NCBI GenBank assembly: GCA_900314685.1
Contig: OMWE01000005.1
Span: forward strand, 25,315 to 89,314
Source of the DNA: an uncultured Actinomycetes bacterium
Lineage (GTDB): Bacteria > Actinomycetota > Coriobacteriia > Coriobacteriales > Atopobiaceae
Reading direction: 5' to 3'
Length of the DNA: 64,000 nt
Position numbers and translations under genes: made by a program. A model generated the notes under the pieces. It did no database searches. It saw only the letters and a list, made by a program, of their open reading frames with translations, and was not told the DNA's origin. Position 1 is the stretch's first letter, and every line of letters starts with the position of its first letter. Positions 59,816 to 64,000 of this stretch are shown in pieces.

Positions 59816-60020
59816 TTGCATTGCCAGTCATTGCGGATACGTCCGCAATCCGAGCGCACAAGGAAGGAAGACGCAACGTTCGGCGCTTGCGCCGTAAATA
59901 TGCGCCCCGTGGGCACCGCAGACCGCTTCTTGCATGGCGCAGGTTCCGGCGTTCGCCTACGTTTCATTGCTGGTGCCTAAGCGGCTATGGAATGCCGACT
60001 AGAAGCCGTGCGGGGTGCCT

Positions 60021-61130
60021 ATGAAATCAGAAGAACGGCGGGCGGCTAGACGCGCCCGCCGCGATGCGACGAGAGCTGCAAACCGGGCGAAGCGTCTTGA
60101 ATCATGCACTATGGATCAGGTCATGGACGTTGACCGGCTTTATAAGTGCGCCCACGCTTGCAGCAGCGGCGTTGGCTGGAAGTCAGCCGTTCAACGATAC
60201 ATGGCGCGGTGCGTTACCAACGTTCGCAGGGCACGGTCTGACGTGCTTTCAGGAAAGGACATTAGGCGCGGTTTCGTTGAGTTCGACATATGCGAGCGCG
60301 GGAAGCTGCGCCATATCACGTCGGTTCACTTTTCCGAGCGCGTAATACACAAGGCATTGGCTAGGTATGCGCTTGCACCCGCCATATGGTCTACGCTGAC
60401 AGCCGGTTGTTCCGCGAACATCAAGGGACGTGGCACGGAATACGCGCTAAAGCGGCTCAAACAGCAGCTTGCAAAGCACTATCAGAAGCACGGCAAAGAA
60501 GGTTACGTGCTTCTGGTGGACTTCTCGAACTACTTTGGGAACATCGACCATGACGCGTGCAAGCGCCTTGTCGATAGGTGCCTTGACGATCCGCGCGTGA
60601 AAGAACTTGTCTACGCTCAAATTGATTCCCACGGCTCACGTGGTCTTGGGCTTGGCAGCGAACCGAACCAAGTTTTGGCAGTAGCGTTGCCAAGCCCTAT
60701 TGATCACATGCTATTGCGCACGCCTTGCGTTCTGGCAAGCGGGCGTTACATGGATGACCTTTATTGCATCGCGCTTCACAAGTCAGACCTTCACGCCGTC
60801 ATGGCTGACATTCGGCGAGAGTGCGCAAAGCTTGGAATCATCGTCAACGAGAAGAAAACCCGCATAGTCAAGCTATCGCGCGGCTTTACCTATCTGAAGA
60901 AGAGGTTTGAATATGGCGAAACTGGCAAAGTCATTGTTCGCCCTTGCCGCGCCGCCGTGACACGCGAGCGGCGAAAGCTGAAGAAGCTTGCCGTCTTTGT
61001 CGAGCGTGGGGAGATGACGCGAAAACAGGCCATGCAGAGCTATCAATCTTGGCGCGGTTTGATGCTGAAACTAGACGCGCACAGGACGGTTAAGAGCATG
61101 GACGCGTTGTTTTCGCAACTTTTCGGCTGA
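60021..61130 (+). CDS. DGR reverse transcriptase
   Basis: ERGKLRHI, FSERVIHK, VDFSNYFGNIDH, LGLGSEPNQ, RYMDD, GFTYL; adjacent to TR. Confidence 0.96.
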   Translation: MKSEERRAARRARRDATRAANRAKRLESCTMDQVMDVDRLYKCAHACSSGVGWKSAVQRYMARCVTNVRRARSDVLSGKDIRRGFVEFDICERGKLRHITSVHFSERVIHKALARYALAPAIWSTLTAGCSANIKGRGTEYALKRLKQQLAKHYQKHGKEGYVLLVDFSNYFGNIDHDACKRLVDRCLDDPRVKELVYAQIDSHGSRGLGLGSEPNQVLAVALPSPIDHMLLRTPCVLASGRYMDDLYCIALHKSDLHAVMADIRRECAKLGIIVNEKKTRIVKLSRGFTYLKKRFEYGETGKVIVRPCRAAVTRERRKLKKLAVFVERGEMTRKQAMQSYQSWRGLMLKLDAHRTVKSMDALFSQLFG

Positions 61131-61200
61131 CCGCAAACGCAAACCAACCAAAAGCCACAAGACCGCACACGCTGGCTTTCTTATTGCGAAAGGGGCAAAA

Positions 61201-61647
61201 ATGTCATTTACAGAAGAGGAAGAGGCGGCATTGCGCGGCATCCTCGCAATCTACCGGACGAAAGCGCCCGCGCTTTCCGATGACTTGGCAGAGATCGCGC
61301 CAGCCATCTATCCGGCTTGGACGGGAGATGCGCATGCATACGCACAGGGAGAGCGCGTTTACTACGCAGGGACGCTTTACGTCTGCCTTCAGGCGCACAC
61401 TTCACAGGCTGATTGGTCACCTACGGCGGCGGTGAGCCTTTGGGCTAAGACGCTTGCCGCCGGAAACGCAGACACGCCGGCGGGCGATGTTCCCGAATGG
61501 GTTCAGCCCGATTCAACGAACCCTTACGCGCAAGGCGCACGCGTAAGACACGGCGGGAAGGTCTGGGAGTCAATCGTTGCTAACAACGTTTGGGAACCGG
61601 GCGCGACCGGAACAGAAGCGCTTTGGCGCGAAGTTACAGAAGGCTAG
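61201..61647 (+). CDS. Protein with two CBM5/12 (ChtBD3-like) carbohydrate-binding modules
   Basis: AW..YAQGERVYY.G.LY.C.QAHTS..W.P and PEW..YAQGARVRHGGKVWES..NVWEPG. Confidence 0.8.
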   Translation: MSFTEEEEAALRGILAIYRTKAPALSDDLAEIAPAIYPAWTGDAHAYAQGERVYYAGTLYVCLQAHTSQADWSPTAAVSLWAKTLAAGNADTPAGDVPEWVQPDSTNPYAQGARVRHGGKVWESIVANNVWEPGATGTEALWREVTEG

Positions 61648-61649
61648 CC

Positions 61650-61985
61650 GTGACAATCGCAGATATATTTCTTTCGGTGTTCAGCATCGTAATGACAGCC
61701 GTTGTCGGTGCGCTTAGCGCAACCATCCGCGCACAGCGCGAGAAGGCACGCGCTTTCGATGACCGTTACAAGGCTGAACATGCGCTTTTGCTCAAAGGTA
61801 TGCAAGTGCTCATGCGTGCAGAGCTTTTCAAGCTGCACGAAGAATACGTGCAGACCGGCAAGCCGGTACCGCTAGACATTAAAGAACAGGCAAACAGCGT
61901 GCATGAGGTCTACGCAGGTCTTGGGGGCAACGGGGTTGGCACCCACCTTTGGCAAGAACTGATAGACGCCAACGCAGCAAACTAG
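61650..61985 (+). CDS. Small membrane protein of the lysis module
   Basis: N-terminal TM, then LMRAEL...YAGLGGNG pattern common before holins. Confidence 0.7.
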   Translation: MTIADIFLSVFSIVMTAVVGALSATIRAQREKARAFDDRYKAEHALLLKGMQVLMRAELFKLHEEYVQTGKPVPLDIKEQANSVHEVYAGLGGNGVGTHLWQELIDANAAN

Positions 61986-62003
61986 CTTTAGAAGGTGTTT
62001 TAG

Positions 62004-62273
62004 ATGATTAACTTCACCGCACGAATCAAGAACAAGACGTTTTGGCTAACACTTATCCCGGCGGTTCTGCTGCTGATTCAGGTTGTCGCCGCGCCGTTCG
62101 GCTATAACTGGGATTTCGGCGTACTTGGCGAGCAGCTTACCGCCATTGTAAACGCGCTGTTCGCGGTGCTTTCCATCCTTGGCATCGTAGCCGACCCGAC
62201 AACCGCCGGCATCGGCGACAGCAAGCAGGCTTTGACCTACACCGAGCCCAAGCGCGACGATGCGACCGATTAG
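62004..62273 (+). CDS. Holin (phiLC3/LL-H-like)
   Basis: INFTARIKNKTFWLTLIPA...GIVADPTTAGIGDS. Confidence 0.9.
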   Translation: MINFTARIKNKTFWLTLIPAVLLLIQVVAAPFGYNWDFGVLGEQLTAIVNALFAVLSILGIVADPTTAGIGDSKQALTYTEPKRDDATD

Positions 62274-62973
62274 ACACCACGTGCCCTTGCCTTTGGTGGC
62301 GGCGTTCCTTTGCGGCGTCTTGGCGGCTTTATCAATCAGGCTTGCGTTCATGATCGCCGCCGCCAACACGCAGCAGCCCGCACCGCACCCACAGACAGAG
62401 CAATCAGAAACGGCAAATGACGTGCCCGCCGACCCGAAACCGGCGGGCACTTTCATGCCGCTGTACCTTCAGACAGAACCGCAATGGGCAAGCGTGCCAT
62501 ATGCCGGCGGCACCATCTGCGACAGCGGTTGCGGGCTTACGTGCGCCGCTATGGCAGTCACTTACCTTACGGGGCAAGAAGTAACGCCGCCCGACCTTGC
62601 CGCCGCCGTCGGCGATTCGTGCCTTACGGACGGCGTGAACGACCCTGAGAAGTTCGGTAAATGGATTGTCGAGACGTACCACGATTCAGGCATCACAAGC
62701 ACCGGTAAGCTTTACCGCCTTGATGACGCGCTGGAACAGGTGGACGCGGGCGCTATCGCATTCGCGGGCATCCATAACGGCACTCTTGGCGATGCAGCCT
62801 ATACGGGGCACGTTGTCATGATTTGGCGGCACGATGACGACGGCTATTGGGTGCGCGACCCGGATAGCGGTGTCAATTCGACGCGTGCCTTCTCGCGTGA
62901 AGAGCTGGAACAAGCAAACCTAGTCTATTTCGTATGTATGAAAGGCGGAACCAATGGCGATGCAGGGAATTGA
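62260..62973 (+). CDS. C39-like peptidase with N-terminal membrane anchor
   Basis: [18 protein letters not shown] (Cys), GHVV (His), RDP (Asp). Confidence 0.82.
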   Translation: MRPIRHHVPLPLVAAFLCGVLAALSIRLAFMIAAANTQQPAPHPQTEQSETANDVPADPKPAGTFMPLYLQTEPQWASVPYAGGTICDSGCGLTCAAMAVTYLTGQEVTPPDLAAAVGDSCLTDGVNDPEKFGKWIVETYHDSGITSTGKLYRLDDALEQVDAGAIAFAGIHNGTLGDAAYTGHVVMIWRHDDDGYWVRDPDSGVNSTRAFSREELEQANLVYFVCMKGGTNGDAGN

Positions 62974-64000
62974 CATTAGCAACTATCAGAACGGAATCAA
63001 CCTAAACGTTCTGCCAATCGACTTTGCCATCTGCAAGGCTACGCAGAACACGTGCTATATTTCGCCCGACTTCTACCGGCAAGCCGAACAGGCGGTTACA
63101 CGCGGGCTTTGCTTGGGCGTGTATCACTACATCGGAGGCGGCGGCGTCGATGCAGAAGCAAATCATTTCGTGTCACACATCAAGGCGTATATTGGCAAAG
63201 CCGTTATCGCGCTTGACTGGGAGGAATACCAGAACAGCGCGTGGGGCAATACGTCATACCTTGACGCCATCGCGGCAAAGGTCAAAGAGCTTACGGGCGT
63301 AACGCCCATGATCTACGCAAGTAAGGCTTTCTTCCCTTGGGGCGTTGCCGACAAACGCGGCTGCTCGAAGTGGGTTGCACAGTATGCAAACATGAACCGA
63401 ACCGGCTTGCAGAACAACCCTTGGAATGAGGGCGCATACAAGTGCGACATTCGCCAATATTCGAGCTGTGGGCGCATCAGCGGTTGGAGTGCCAATCTTG
63501 ATTTGAACAAGTCCTATATCGACGCGGCAGCATGGCAGAGCCTTGCAGCCGTCAACGGCAACGCACAGCCCGCGCCGACACCTTCAGCGCCCGCAACCGG
63601 CATCGAGAACATGGACGTTCTAGACCTCGTGGCGGGCGTCTTCAGGGATGATTACGGAAAGGGCGAGACGCGCAAGCAGAAGTTAGGCAACCGCTACAGC
63701 GAAGTTCAAGCCATGGTCAACCACATTTGCAGCGCGTCGGCTGAAGAGCTTGCAAAGGAAACGTGGTCGGGCAAGTACCGCAACGGTGAAGAGCGCAAGG
63801 CTATTCTTTCGTTCCGCTATGATGACGTGATGAAGGTTATCAACGGTCACGTCAAGAGCGGCAAGACCTATACCGTCAAATTGGGCGACACGCTTTCTGG
63901 CATTGCGTCGAAGTTCGGCACGACCTATCAGAAGCTTGCCGCAAAGAACGGCATTGCAAACCCGAATATCATCTATCCTGGTCAAGTTCTCAAAATCTAG
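62954..64000 (+). CDS. Endolysin: GH25 muramidase + two CW_7-like repeats + LysM
   Basis: [22 protein letters not shown]; [14 protein letters not shown] repeats; [13 protein letters not shown] LysM. Confidence 0.95.
   Translation: MAMQGIDISNYQNGINLNVLPIDFAICKATQNTCYISPDFYRQAEQAVTRGLCLGVYHYIGGGGVDAEANHFVSHIKAYIGKAVIALDWEEYQNSAWGNTSYLDAIAAKVKELTGVTPMIYASKAFFPWGVADKRGCSKWVAQYANMNRTGLQNNPWNEGAYKCDIRQYSSCGRISGWSANLDLNKSYIDAAAWQSLAAVNGNAQPAPTPSAPATGIENMDVLDLVAGVFRDDYGKGETRKQKLGNRYSEVQAMVNHICSASAEELAKETWSGKYRNGEERKAILSFRYDDVMKVINGHVKSGKTYTVKLGDTLSGIASKFGTTYQKLAAKNGIANPNIIYPGQVLKI

Larger units (their letters stand above)
32149..64000. mobile_element. Prophage (HK97-like siphovirus, probable cos packaging) integrated at the tmRNA 3' end; right end outside window
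   Basis: Visible GC drop after ssrA; ordered modules: recombinase, repressor/cro, replication, HNH-terminase-portal-capsid, tail, DGR, lysis. Confidence 0.95.

Noticed and set aside
59647-60024. ORFs spanning TR (59647-60024 and 59696-59980)
   Set aside because: Better explained as the non-coding TR and spacer RNA; in the VR frame TR contains TGA
61151-61179. Possible terminator after the RT gene
   Set aside because: Only a 7-bp stem with a 15-nt loop and a weak T-tract; insufficient support
32196-64000. attR direct repeat of the tmRNA 3' end
   Set aside because: Not found in the window; the endolysin ends at base 64000, so attR must lie further right

Overview
High-GC Actinomycetota DNA, most likely Coriobacteriia (Atopobiaceae/Olsenella-like; inferred from protein styles, not from a database search). 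Positions 1-31700 are host chromosome, almost all on the minus strand. They hold a surface-polysaccharide locus (CpsB phosphatase, FnlABC-type UDP-L-FucNAc pathway, priming transferase, glycosyltransferases, Wzz, LicD), an M20 peptidase, a polar amino-acid ABC transporter, a degenerate LCP protein, a putative Mn transporter, and the rplE-to-rplQ/truA part of the spc/alpha ribosomal cluster, which here is cut off from rplN-rplX. A tmRNA gene (31826-32195, +) follows. A lower-GC HK97-like siphovirus prophage starts at its 3' end and runs off the window at 64000. The clearest accessory system is a complete diversity-generating retroelement (DGR) in the tail module: target gene with VR, hairpin, avd, TR, structured spacer and reverse transcriptase. 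VR and TR align over 130 bp with 11 mismatches, all at TR adenines. Other notable points: two unrelated recombinases (a large serine recombinase whose C-terminus is read antisense from the tmRNA, and an intact tyrosine recombinase in the early operon), a phage-encoded actinobacterial IHF, a candidate Acb2/Tad1-like anti-defence sponge, and a tail chaperone pair in an atypical +1 frame relation. attR is not in the window.
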